Shown: positions 11,678 through 24,900 of the stretch, piece by piece
Numbering within the stretch: position 1 is the stretch's first letter
Layout of the letters: each line of letters begins with the position of its first letter
DNA from: Eledone cirrhosa
Taxonomy: Eukaryota
Assembly (NCBI GenBank): GCA_964016885.1
Contig: OZ024741.1
Span: 381,176,001-381,240,000 of the forward strand
Direction: 5' to 3'
DNA: 64,000 nucleotides
Program-made: the position numbers and the translations under genes
The notes under the pieces: model-generated
Database searches by the model: none
What the model saw: only the letters and a program-made list of their open reading frames with translations
Told to the model about the DNA's origin: nothing

Positions 11678-11890
11678 TCCGTAGAGCATTGGACACCATG
11701 ATTTGCAGCATAGAGTTATGAACCTTAACGTTCTGAGTTCACATCCCGCCGAGGTTAGCTTTTCTTTTCATCCTTACTGGGTCGATAAAATAAAGTACGA
11801 ATCACGCACTGGGGTCGATTTAATCGACTTTCCTCTGCCACAAAATATTGCTGGCCTTGTGACTATAGTAGAAATCATTATTATTATTGT
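11678..11890 (+). mobile_element. SINE, longer subfamily with (ATT)n tail
   Basis: B box, core, extra GGGGTCGATTTAATCGACT segment, tail GTAGAAATCATTATTATT. Confidence 0.88.
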
Positions 11891-14800
11891 TATTTCAGTC
11901 ATTGTACTACACTGAAGTTGGGAATATGGATGTATATTAAATTATGTGGTGAAATATGTGGGATTAATTACCATTAATGCGATTAAAATGTTTCAGACCA
12001 TTAATATCAACATTAGAGACGAAAACATTACAAATATTCACATCTAGGCTATTCTTCAATCGCTTTGATCGCTGGAACTCTATATGGAAGCAGAACGGAT
12101 TCGAATTAAGAGTTTATATTTCTAAGCTAAGGACGAGAAATGTTGCCATCCTCTTAACCAGTGACGCATGTAAAGTGAATATGTAGTCGGTGGTCTTTAA
12201 TCCCAGTTTCTTCGTACACATTTCATTTCGTGATTCATATAACGTTAGTTCATACTTAGTGCACGAATTAAGCCTTTGGAAATAAACCAAATTCTACATC
12301 TCTTTGTTCAACTAGCTGTTTGAGTTATAGAGCAGGTTTTGCTCAAAGTGTTAACGAAGTTAGAGTAGCAATAGTTTAGTGTATATTATAATATCTTATT
12401 TACTTAACCTTACAGTTAACTGTTGGTTCTTCTGATTGACAGGAGAGTTAACCTTCATTTTAAGCACTTTTCAAAACCAATGAAAGTAGTGAATACAGCC
12501 TTTTTCAGTTACTGTATCACAAATGAAGGAAACCAATGCAAAGTGTAACTTCAAGAATCGTCAGAAAAGATTAATACAAAATCTTTCGTCCATATAATAA
12601 ACATTACAATAGAATTAGAAGTCAAATCCCCCCTAAAATAAACATAAATTTCGATAATGCTTATCAGTCTTGTAGAGGTTTTGTCAATCAGATAACGAAA
12701 GTAATTATTTGCGGTAGCAGAGAAATAAGTGAGAGGTTGCGTGGGAGGTAAGCGCTTAGAAATAAATCAAAAATAGGATTATACATTTTTTGAAACGATG
12801 AAATAAGGCTGTTAAATAAACGTAAGGTGTAGAAATAGGGAAAAGAAATGAAAACGAATATTCATAAAACAAGAAACAAAGACTGAGAGATACTTCTAAG
12901 AATGAACACGAATATCTAGAAATGGAATATAGTGGAAGACATGAATAAACAAAGATTATTGTGGTATTGATTACACAGATTTAAATAACGATAATTCGGT
13001 GTGTAAAAAAAATAAACAAATAATTGATAGAGTACATTAGACATAATCTTGTGTTTCCTTCAAGATATTACATTTCATTACAAAATCCACGAAATAAGAG
13101 TTCGTTGTTGGGAGATTATTTAAATGAAGAATGAGTTTTACTTTATTCAGTGTACTTTAGTAATTTACTCATTCCTAACATAATAACATATGGATTGTTT
13201 GTGTTCAGCAGTTGCTTGTTTTACTGACTACGTTTACAGATATTGATACACGTTTTCATTTAAAGTCAAAGAGATCCTTCATGGAAAGCTTTTACATGTG
13301 CTAACAAGTCATCTTCCACAATACCGTTATAATAAAATATCATAGAATATGAAAATATTATGATCTTAAAGTGAATATCATACAGGATGATGTGTTTCAC
13401 GCTTAAGTAAATCATTACAATTCTTGATGAATTGATATGTCTAAACTTGCTGCTCTATGAAGTACGTAATCATTAACGTTGCAATGACAAATACTCTGAT
13501 CAACAATTGCAGCTACAGGGAAGGAAATGTGAAATAAATAACCAGAAAAAATACTTATATCATAGTCACAATGAAATTTTATTTACAAATTGTATCCTTA
13601 AAAGAAGTGTAATTTGTGATTTTCATATACATTTCCAGAGAACATTCCCTTGAGAGGAGCCCGGTATACTCGCTAAAGTACTGGTCAATTCAATCCATAG
13701 AAAGATAAAACATTAAAAATGCAAAACCACCAGAAATATAATATCTTATAATATAGCTTTGTATATAAATAAAATAATTTAGAAAACATCTAAAATCAAT
13801 CATTGAACGACTCGCTTTCACGATTTGATGTTGATATATCGTACATTATTCGTCCCATGCTAATTATTAGGGGTCTAATGTATCAGAAAGCAAACCTAAA
13901 AGCTTTAGATAAACATAAAACCAAAGTACCATGTTGGTGCAAAAATATTACATAACGAAATAAATATTCTATAAAAAATATCATTTATTTGTATACGATT
14001 TCGATAGACAATTGAATTTCTTATTGGAAAATAATTCACATTTAGTTCTCCCAAGCATATTGAATATATTGAAAGTTTCTACTAAATACATCAATATGAA
14101 TATTGACAAAAGGAAGATAATTTACATTAGAAAAGAAAGTAAAATGCTTCTAAATTTGCAAAGCAATTTGGCAGTCTTTTTATTATATATGACGCCAGCG
14201 TTAAATTAGACGCGTCCGATGATATATATTTTCAAATAGAGATTTGCAAGACATTTTCAGGACAATTTTATATATTATATTTTGGCAACGTCACCAACAA
14301 ATGTAATCATTTTGCTTGACAAAGAAAGAATATATACTGCATAATAAAGACATAAGTCAAATATGTTTCCTGTATTACTTTATAAAACAAATTCAACGGC
14401 GTGATGATTAGTTTAACAAATTATTATTTTATTAGCTACACATTTTGTTCATATTCACATCAGATACCTATTATTACTTGTATAGTATTTATGAAACACG
14501 ATCGAAACCTACAAATGGAAAATTTGGTAGCTTGTTCAGATTTATATTTATTAATGTGTCCTTGTCGAACAAAGTGCAAAGTGCTTCGGCCGAGCACAAG
14601 TTACAGAGACCTCCTCCCTTTCCTTTGTAAGGCCCTTGTAATAGTAGTCCAGCGTAGTTGGTAAGGTCTTCCATTTTCACATAGCCACCAACATTAATAC
14701 TTACGGCTCAAACCAACAAACGACCATGGAGGCTAGAGGCGCACAGCTTCTAAGCGTAGGTAACCAAACCACTCAGCATTTTTGCCTACGCGGCGATATG

Positions 14801-14980
14801 AACCTGGACTAAGCCTCACCCTACACACCTGCCCAAGCATACGCACTTCCCCCATGAACCCAAGGCCCACACCCTAATCTCTCACCCACACCTAGTGTAT
14901 TACCAACATTGTACCACCAACTTACAACTACTCACCTGCAAGTTTACAATTTTTACTTCCCATGTGTATCTGTGTAGATA

Positions 14981-15197
14981 GCCTTAAAACTCTGTCTTCC
15001 TGATTCTGAGAGATTTTCCGGGCAAAACCAACCGGAAGGAGACCCAGGGCTAGACCCCGAGTAAGTTGGTTGGATCACATCCATGTGTTTGTCTGGTCTC
15101 ACTTGGGGTTCCAGCCAGATCAGATGGAGATGGTTGCTTCTGACACGACCCACTAGAAGGAGTGTTTGAGGACTCTTCCCCCATGACACTCTCAGGA
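14981..15197 (+). mobile_element. 3' terminal fragment of an RTE (Expander/Rex3-like) LINE ending in (AAT)n
   Basis: Decayed C-terminal peptide RPRVSWLDHI..WSHLG..VASD..LRTLPP, followed directly by GAT/AAT repeats. Confidence 0.6.
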
Positions 15198-15210
15198 GAT
15201 AATGATAATA

Positions 15211-15241
<31 letters not shown>

Positions 15242-15251
15242 TAATAATAAT

Positions 15252-16548
15252 TTGGGCGTTCTGGAGGCTGATGACATCAAGAACAAAAAAATGAAGGAAT
15301 TGATAAGAACTGAATACATTCGGAGAATAAGGAGCGTATTAAAGTCACATCTGAACAGTAGGAATGCCATAAGTGCAGTAAATTCCCGAGCTGTGTCTAT
15401 TATTAGGTACAGTGCGGGAATTCTGAGATGGAATGTTGCTGAACAGAAAGAAATGGATAGGAAGACTAGGAAGCTATTGACTATCTACAACATGTTCCAC
15501 AAGAGGAGTGATGTCGATAGACTCTACTTAAGGAGATCTGAGGGTGGAAGAGGTCTTATCAGCATAGAGGAGTGTGTTCAGATGGAGAAAAACAACCTAC
15601 ACAAATACGTGACTGATAGTAAGGAGCCAATGCTCAGAACTGTACTGAAGGAGGGAACAATAGGCCAGTGGATGTCCAAGGAGGAAATAACATCAAGGAG
15701 AAAGAGCAGCCTTCATGAATAATCCTTTCATAATACCTTCTTTGAGAAAACTGAATTTAGAGATCCACAGACATGGAACTGGTTGAAAAGAGGAGACCTT
15801 AAAAAGGCTACAGAAGGAATGTTAATGGCTGCGCAGGAGCAGGCCCTCAAAACGAAGTGGTTGAAACACCATATTTACAAGGAGGAGGCTAGCCCACTGT
15901 GCAGGATCTGTGGAGAGAGAGAGGAGACTGTGGCTCACATTGTATCCGAGTGTAAACACCTAGCCCAGACTCACTATAAGGGCTGGAGACATGATCTGAT
16001 GGGCAGGGTGATCCACTGGCACCTATACAAAGTAAACAATTTACCACATTCTGAGAAATGGTATGAGCATAAGCAAGAGGCGGTGATAGAAAACGATCAG
16101 GTGAAGGTGCTGTGGGATTTTAGGATACAGACGGACAAGAAACCGGAACACAATAGACCTGACCTGGTGGTTGTGAACGAAGAAAAAAGATCGTCCCTGA
16201 TTGTGGATGTGGCCTGCCCATTCGACACGAGAGTGCAAGAGAAGAAGAGGGAGAAAATTAACCGATACCAGGACTTAAAGTGGGAGGTAAAAAGGATTTG
16301 GAACTGCCATGAAGTCAAAGTGATCCCGATTGTCATAGGCGCACTAGGTACTATCTCAAAAAGTTTCCAGGGATGGTTAAAGAAAATTGGCCCCTTCACG
16401 CTTTTTGGAACGCTTCAAAAGGCATGCTTGCTGGGAACAGCAAGAACCGTCCGATACGTCCTGAATATCTGAGGCTGCAGGTAGTGGCTTGATATTCATT
16501 TCAACAAACTTTCCAGTTAACTAACATCAATGACTGAGACTCAAAGAG
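15252..16548 (+). mobile_element. 5'-truncated R4/Dong-type RLE LINE, family B
   Basis: YLG, RLYL..GGRGL, CCHC (CRICGEREETVAHIVSEC), RHD and PD-(D/E)xK (RPDL..VDVACP..EK..RY); (AAT)n both sides. Confidence 0.92.
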
Positions 16549-16585
16549 TAATAACAATTATAATAATAATAATAATAATAATAAT

Positions 16586-19500
16586 GAAGACGCACGTGGT
16601 GGAGAGAATCTTATGAAATCGCTCCCGTAAGTTTTTGATTTTTAACATATTTAAAACAATTGTGATATAACAATTCTTAGTATACATGAGACATAAAGCA
16701 TCCGACTCAGCTCTCAGAAAATTCGGATCCATAATATCCAGTTATATCGCTCAAATATTCAATGTTGTATTATAAATTTTATATTCAAAAAAGAAAATGG
16801 TTATAAATGGAAGAAAACCCCCTCTGTCTACACTATATAGAACAGCCAAATAACAGTAATTTCACCAATACTACAAACTAGATACACCACCTATACCATC
16901 ACCACTCTGTGTACACTAAATACAACAACCAGATAACGGCAATTTCACCACAACCACCACCACCAATCCCAGCATAATAATAATAATTACTATTATTGTA
17001 TCTCAAGATTTCTCAAAATGTTTAATTCAAATAATAAGGAAATATGTCAACACATATATTAAACATACGCGACAAACCGCATAGATGCACATATCAAACA
17101 AACGTATACTACTACAGTCTATTCAACAAAACTCAGTAACGAAAACGCTATCACTATAGTCAGCGCCACCACCACTCCACCATTACTACCACTATCCCAT
17201 TCTCGCCGCCACCACTCCTTCATTGCTACCACCACTATTTCCCCACTACCTTCTATTAACTTAAGAAAGGGGAAGGTGGTTGTATCACTAGACAAGGGAG
17301 AGGCTAGAAAAATATATAAATAGACTGACTTAGTGACTCGGTCAAACGTAAACGACTATGGAACTGCTGGCTCCCAGCTTCCCCACCAATAATAGAAAAA
17401 GCCCCAGCAACATCACCGACATAGCCAACAACATTAACAGGCAACTTCAGCAAAAAGTATATTATATTATTAATAATAATTTCATTCTTAAGCCACGCAA
17501 TGCTCACAGTAAGGAACCACTTATGATAATAACAATTTAAAAAACAACAAAAAAGAAGACCCCGTGACCAAGAAATACCTGAATGGCGGCCGCGGGGAAT
17601 AGCCGCGTCTCTAGGAGAGGACGATCCATCTAGTCTTGGTTGACACTCGTTCCAGAGGTGGTAACACGAAATGATTACCCCTTGGCGGTTAAGGATGAAA
17701 CGCGACAAAATAAAGGAAATGTCAAATGATAAAATCTCATACCAGATCGGCCGTCACCCGGATCAAAAAGGGCCGCGTCCCTCAGAGAGGAACCAGACTG
17801 GGGTCGAAAAATCAGCTAATGGTTCAAACTTTCCCATCACTTCGGAGTTGGAGACCTTCCATAACTGGAATACTCCTACTGTTGGCCCTCCATGCTCACC
17901 ACCAAGAAATCCAAAGAAAAAGAGAGGGAAATGGTCAAGGGAAGACAATAAAGAAGTCCTTGCGGCTTTCTAAACTGCCATGTACTACCCATCAAATAGA
18001 TCGAATACAGAACAGATATATATCAACTGGAAAAAGAAATATCCCGAATACAGAGGCTATATTGACAGTAACAAACTAGCCAATATACGAAGAAATATTA
18101 TTAAAAAAAAGTTACTAACTGATATAGAAATTGATCAGATTAAGCTATTAGCACAACGTCAACGAAGGGAAAATAAAACATGTGTCAGTCAAAACTTCGA
18201 ATCTCAGGGTTGGGGCGGAATCACTGACAACAGAACAAATTAAAGAAAGGATTGAAAAAGTGGCGGGAGTGCATGCTCAAGATGAAACTCAAATTAAAAC
18301 AATGAGATCGTAAATGATAAAGAAATGAATGAGAATGAACTTGCCAACTTGAAGGATGAAATTATGATCGAATGGATGAAAATGAAAGAATCTGACATGG
18401 GGAACGAGACACCCTCCCTAAGATCCAGAACTCCAAACAGAACCAAAAGATAATACACAAGACTAACATAATTCTCAAAAACATTATCATCACAAACAAA
18501 CTAAACATTACTGATTTAAATCATCTCTATTATGCACCGGCTAAAGTCACCACTCACTTATGTGGAGTGAAAATGAAAAACAAAGGAATTACCACAAGAA
18601 ATCTACTTGGCAAGAGAACATCAATCGCCAAATAAACCTTCTCCGGTCTGACATAGAAATTTTAACAAACTACAAAGTAGGTGAACATGTTAAACAAACT
18701 AAACTTAGAACATTGAAAAGAAAATACAGTATAAAATCAACAAGTGACATAGACATGCTGATAGAAATAATCAAGCAAAAATTGTCGGCCAAAGCTGCTC
18801 GTATAAGGCGCTTTGAAAAACGATCTAGATTCTATGAGGACAATAATATGTTCAAAAACAACCAAAGTAACTTCTACAGAAAAATTGGCAAGTCAACAAT
18901 AACTGCTAAATCAATACCACCCAAGGAGGAAGTGCAAGAATTCTGGGAAAAGATCTGGGCAGAAGAAAAAGTTCATAATATACATGCCCCATCGATAGAC
19001 AGACAAATGAAAGATACAGCTCAGCTCGAGGAACAAATATGGGAAAATATAACAGTTGAACAGTTGCGTTTGCCTCTTAGAATAACCAGCAAATGGAAAT
19101 CCCCAGGAAACGACAAAATACAAAATTTTTGGATAAATGCCTTCACAGAGTCTCATGAGCTGTTAGCCCAACCTTACAATGAAATAGTTAAGGAGCCAGA
19201 AAATATAACATCATGGCTAGTTAACAGCATTACATTCCTGCCTCCGAAGAATGATGAGACAAACAATCCCAAAAATTACAGACCGATAACCTGCTTGACC
19301 ACAATGTATAAAATGTTAACATCAGTCCTAACTGAATATACATATGACCACCTGATAACAAATGATCTATTTCCCAATGAGCAGAAAGGGTGTAAACGAG
19401 GCTCATATGGCTGTAAGGATCAGCTTTTGGTTAACAAAATGATACTGGAAGATTGTCATAATAGACACAAAAATCTATCAATTCCTTGGATAGATTATAA

Positions 19501-21456
19501 AAAAGCATTTGATAGTTTGCCACACAGTTGGATTGAAAAATGTTTAGAGATTTTCAAAATATCTCCCGTTGTCAGGAGGTTCCTGCCATTCAGTATGAAG
19601 ACATTGAAAACGACACTCCTTTTGAATAGTGAAAAAAATCACTGGAAGCTGGAGAAGTTAATATTAATTGTGGAATTTTTCAGGGTGACTCTTTATCACC
19701 GCTTTTATTCTGCGTCGCACTTATACCATTAAGTAAAATGCTCAATGAAACAAAACATGGATATAAAGTCTATGACAATACCATTAATCTACATGGATGA
19801 CCAGAAACTATTTGCAAAATATGATGAACAATTGCAAGGGCTATTATCCACTGTGGAGCAGTTCAGTGATGACATTAACATGGAGTTTGGACAAGATAAA
19901 TGTGCCAAAGCAACGTTCACCAGAGGAAAGATACTGAAATGTTCAGACATTAATCTTGATTGGGGGAAAGCGATAAGGAAACTTACAAATATATAGTTGT
20001 TTGTGAAGGAGACGGATTCAAGCACTCGACAATGAGGGAAAGGATAAGGAAGGAATGTTACCGCAGAGTAGAAGCAATCTTAAGAACGGAATTGAATGCA
20101 AAGAATAGGATCGATGCCATAAACACGCTTGCCATACCAGTAGTAACCTACAGTTACAATGTCATCAACTGGTCAAGCACAGATATCTGTAGGCTCGAGG
20201 CAAAAATTAGAAAATTCTTAACCATGCACAGAATGCATCACCGTAAGGCAGATAGGGATAGAATATATCTCCCTAGGAAAGAAGGAGGACGTGGGTAATA
20301 CAGTTAGATATTGCGTTGAAAATAGCAAGAATTGGATTATCTACATATCTAAGGGAATCACATGATTGGATGATCAAACTCGTTTTGAAACACGAAAGCA
20401 TCAAAGGATCATACTCCATTACAAAAGATGCACAAAGATACAGTAATGGACTACAAATTTCAGAAGTCCCATTTACTGCTGAAATGGAAAACACAGAAAA
20501 AGCAAAGCAGGTAAAAGCAACTGCAAAAAAAGAACTGTTACAGAAACTGGCTAAGAAATGGCAAGAAAAGCCTCTGTATGGAAAATACCCAGAACGAGCT
20601 AACAATCCTGATGTTGACAAAATGTTAACCCATAAGTGGTTGGCATCCTCTGGACTGAAATCGGAGACTGAAGGACTGATTATATCAGCACAAGATCAGT
20701 GTCTGCCAACAAAAAATGTCCAAGCCAACATAATAAAAAATGGATGCAACCCATTATGCCGTGTATGTAAAAAACAACCAGATACCATTGATTATATAAT
20801 TTCAATGTGCAGTCCAATAGCTCCAACCGAATACCTAAACAGGCATGACAGAGCTGAACAATACATGCATTGGATAATGTGTAAGCATTTTGACCTGCCC
20901 CATCAAAAGAATTGGTGGGAGCATCAACCACCTCCCATACATGAAAAAGATCACATCTCAATCTTGTGGAACTTTAGCATCCAAACTGACCGAAAAATAG
21001 ATGCAAATAGACCTGATATAATATTGAAGGACTTTAAAAAGAGGATATGCCTTCTAATTGATATGTCCGTTCCAATAGACAAGAATGTATCTATAAAAAC
21101 ATTTGAAAAATTGAGCATGTATAAGGACCTGGAGATAGAAATTGAAAAATGTGGAAATTGAGAACTAAAACAATACCAGTGGTATGGAATGATACCTAAG
21201 GGGTCTAATGATTACTTATCGCAAATCCCAGGAAACCCGCGTATAGGAGAAATACAAAAGATAGTACTAATGGGAACTGCCCATATACTAAGGAAGATTC
21301 TGTCAATATAAGTACATCACAAGTCTAAACACCTAAAGATGCATGTGTGAGTATGTATGTTCTTTCTTGAACATGGCGGACCTTGTTGTCTCTTGAGGTC
21401 ACTGGTTGTGACTTGGTGATAACTCGTATGAACATAAAGCAAGATAAATGCAGCTG
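16586..21456 (+). mobile_element. Near-full-length decayed R4/Dong-type RLE LINE, family A (putative leader 16586-17670 uncertain)
   Basis: Myb-like WSREDNKEV, RT (KSPGND, NYRPITCL, EQKG, IDYKKAFDS, QGD, YMDD), zinc-finger and RPD..ID endonuclease, broken by stops and frameshifts; ends in (AAT)n. Confidence 0.9.
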
Positions 21457-21502
21457 TAATAATAATAATAATAATAATAATAATAGTAATAATAATAATA
21501 AT

Positions 21503-21757
21503 ACTTTCTTTATTAATCACAGGGGATTACATAGAGGAGACATTAAGGACAGTACAGGACAATACAAGACGGTACAAATGGGCCTTTATGCGTGTAAAAA
21601 ACAAAATCAGAGGATGTAACAAAAAAATAGCAATGTAAACTTCCCCAATAAGGGGGAGACTTCCGAGGGACATTTGTCGAGAAAGCCCATTAAAAGGCCA
21701 CAGTGACCCTCACCACCAGGGAAAGTGCCCTCTCCCAGTTTTTCACCTTTAATTTAC
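21503..21757 (-). mobile_element. 3' terminal fragment of a Tx1-type LINE
   Basis: Closely similar to 35345-35610; AATAAA then (ATT)n on the sense strand. Confidence 0.85.
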
Positions 21758-21869
21758 ATTTATCTTGCTTTATGATCATACGCGTTATCACCAAGTCATA
21801 ACCAGTGACCCCAAGAGACAACAAGGTCTGCCATGTTCAAGAAAGAACATACATACACACACATGCATC

Positions 21870-21870
<1 letters not shown>
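21757..21870 (-). repeat. Inverted copy of the family A Dong 3' UTR fused to the Tx1 fragment
   Basis: Reverse complement of 21338-21450 with about 6 mismatches. Confidence 0.9.
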
Positions 21871-21925
<55 letters not shown>

Positions 21926-21937
21926 TAATAATAATAG

Positions 21938-24900
21938 GGAAGAAAAACGCACATGATGGATATATCGTTATGGAATCGCTCCCGTAAGTTTTTGATTTTT
22001 ACATATTTAAAACAACTGTGATAGAATAATTCTTATTACAAATGAAACATAAAATTACAGTTTTGACTCTCAGCAAGCGACAACGCATCACATTATGACA
22101 TAGGGCCCCAATATTTAATATTTAATTTTGGATCAGAAATGTTATAGTCAAAGAAGAGGAAAATGGCTACGGGGACAGACAGGCAAATCATTTCACCACC
22201 AACACCACCAACGCCACCATCACCACTACCACGCCAAAGAAATCTAGCCAAGTTACTCCAACTTCTATTTCTACTTCAACTTCAACACCATCACTACAGT
22301 ACTACGATCACATCACCACCACTGCCTCATTATCGCTACCGCCGCTATTCTCTCCCACTACCTCCTGCAAAGTACTACTAGCACATCACCACCACTACCT
22401 CATTATCGCTACCGCCGCTATTCTCTCCCACTAACTCCTGCAAATACAGAGGTATCGTAGTTACCCTACTAAATGAGGAAGGCATCAAAATATATAAATA
22501 GACTGATTTGATGACCCGGTCAAAAAATCAAAAAATCAAAAAATCAAAAAATCAAAAAATCAAAAATTCAAAAAATCAAAAATGAAAATCAAAACAGCAC
22601 AGCAGCAACGAAAAACGTAATGAAAAGAAAAAAGAAAAGAAAAACAAACAAACATACAAACAAACAAAAAAACTAAGTCAGACATTCAAACATTACATTA
22701 CAATGAAACTTATGCTTATTTTTTTAGGTTAGGTTTTTACCTAATTGTTTGTTTCTTTGTTTATGTTCGTCTACAGCGTGGTAGTGCCACGCTAAAATCA
22801 CCGGGGGTGATAAAATCACTGCGGGTGATGAAATCACCGGTGGTTATGTAACCATACATTCACCAATCCTCAATATGAATGTTTAAATGTCGAACCTAAA
22901 CAGTTCGAATAACGGTGAAGTGGCGACTGGAATGTCACGTGACAGACTCTTACCCAGCAGGTGCTCCCTGGCCCAGCAGCAGGGACCTGGCTGTCATCCA
23001 AATACTGCTGGTGTTGGAGGAAGAAGAAGAAGGAAAGGGACCAGAACCAACTGGACGAAAGAATTGAATAGAACTGTTATGCAATGTTACCTGAAGAGTA
23101 ACCCCAAGGAAAAAGGCCATAGGAAACGGATGCATAACTTTTGGAACGAGATTGGTCTATTTAAATTAGATGAACAAAAATTGGCCGGGCAGGCTCGGTT
23201 AATAAGAATTAATGGGTGGATAAGTGAGCTGGAACTGGAGCAACTCAGCAGAGAGATTAGATTGGAAATGGAGAGTGGAGTATGCCAGGAAAACGAACCA
23301 GTGGGAGATGAAGGTGAAGAGTGTGAGAGAACGGAGGAACCATCCAAAGCAGACAATGATCTGAATGCTGAAATAAATAATAACTGGAACAAAGATACGG
23401 CCATTAGGGAAATGAATGCAGACGGGCTAGGACAAGATTTGGTTGATATCCTAAACTTAGTGGTAGATGAAATGAACAATGATAGTGGGAAACCTATGAA
23501 CCTAAGATTTGTAGACAGGAACAAGTTAAAAGAAACAACAGCTAAGGTAAACAAAGTCATCCCATACCTTGAGGAGAGGAACTTTCACCAGTGCAACAAT
23601 ATCCTCAAAGCAACAGCAAATGTGGTGAGGAAATTACTTGGCATAAAAGCGAGAGGAAACAACAAACAAGAAAAATCAGAACCTTGGTGGAAGAAACGAC
23701 TGAATGGTCAAATCAGGGAAATGAGAAATGACATTGGAAATCTTGAGTCCCTACTGAATGGGACACTAGAAAACATAGACACTAAATATAGACTGGAAAT
23801 AAAGTACAAAACTAGGAGGAAAAAACTAAATATTATCATAGAGGAACTGAAGCAACGCATTGTAGCAAAGAGCGCAAAGATTAGGCGATACGAGAGCAGA
23901 GTCAGTCAGTATAGACAGAACCGCATGATTGACAACAACCAGAAGATGCTGTTTGGACAGCTTGAAGGGAAAGAAAGAGGCAACGACTTGATCCCTGAGG
24001 CGGAACAAACTAAGACATTCTGGAGAGGAATATGGGAGCAGGATCTTGAACATAATGACCAGGCAGTGTGGATTGAGACAGTACAAAAGGAGATAGTGAA
24101 CAGGCAGACCAACAAACTGATTTGAGTATCACAGTTGAAACTCTTAAAGGGCAGGCCAAAAAACTAAACAACTGGAAATCACCAGGCCCAGATGGTGTGC
24201 AGGGCTATTGGATTAAAAATATAACATCCCTCCACCCGAAACTGACAACCATGTTCAATGACTGCTGGATGCCAGGTGAGGTACCAGAGTGGTTGACAAA
24301 AGGTACCACAGTTCTGGTAATGAAAGACCGAACCAATGATGTTACCAACTATAGACCTATCACATATCTGTCCATAATGCGGAAACTGTTAACAAGCATT
24401 GTGTCTGAGGAAATCTACCATCACCTCCACATAAACAACATGTTACCGGACGAACAGAAAGGATGCCGAAAGAAGTCCCGTGGTACAAAGGACCAGTTAC
24501 TTATTGATAAGATGGTAACGAGGAATTGCAGGAGGAGACACACTGGGCTTGCCATGGGATGGATAGACTCCAAAAAGGCATTCGACATGGTACCTCATTC
24601 TTGAATAACCAAAAGCCTAGAGATCTCCAGGGTGGTAGATAACATCAGACAGTTGATGAGCAAAAGTATGAAGTCCTGGAAAACAGAGTTAACATCGGGC
24701 GGAGAATCCTTGGGAGGCGTGAGGATCAAGAGAGTTATCTTCCAGGGAGATAGTCTGTCCCCTCTGTTGTTTGTCCTTGCCCTGATCCCTCTGACCATTA
24801 TACTGCGAAAAGTGAGAGCAGGATACAAGTTGGGAAAGGGAGAACTTACCACCAATCACCTCCCCTTCATGAACGATCTTAAGCTCTTCGGGAAGAGTGA

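Noticed and set aside
14720-14830. Possible CR1 3' remnant (RG-HSF..HF..W-like)
   Set aside because: Too decayed to support by eye
22309-22590. ~63-bp direct repeat and (AAAAAATC)n array as CRISPR-like
   Set aside because: No unique spacers or cas genes; simple tandem duplication in eukaryotic DNA
21984-22776. Apparent intron in the Dong B leader (GTAAGT...CTAAT...pyrimidine tract-CAG)
   Set aside because: The sister leader has the donor but no acceptor; the T-rich tract mirrors nearby (CAAA)n; a sense intron would be lost on retrotransposition
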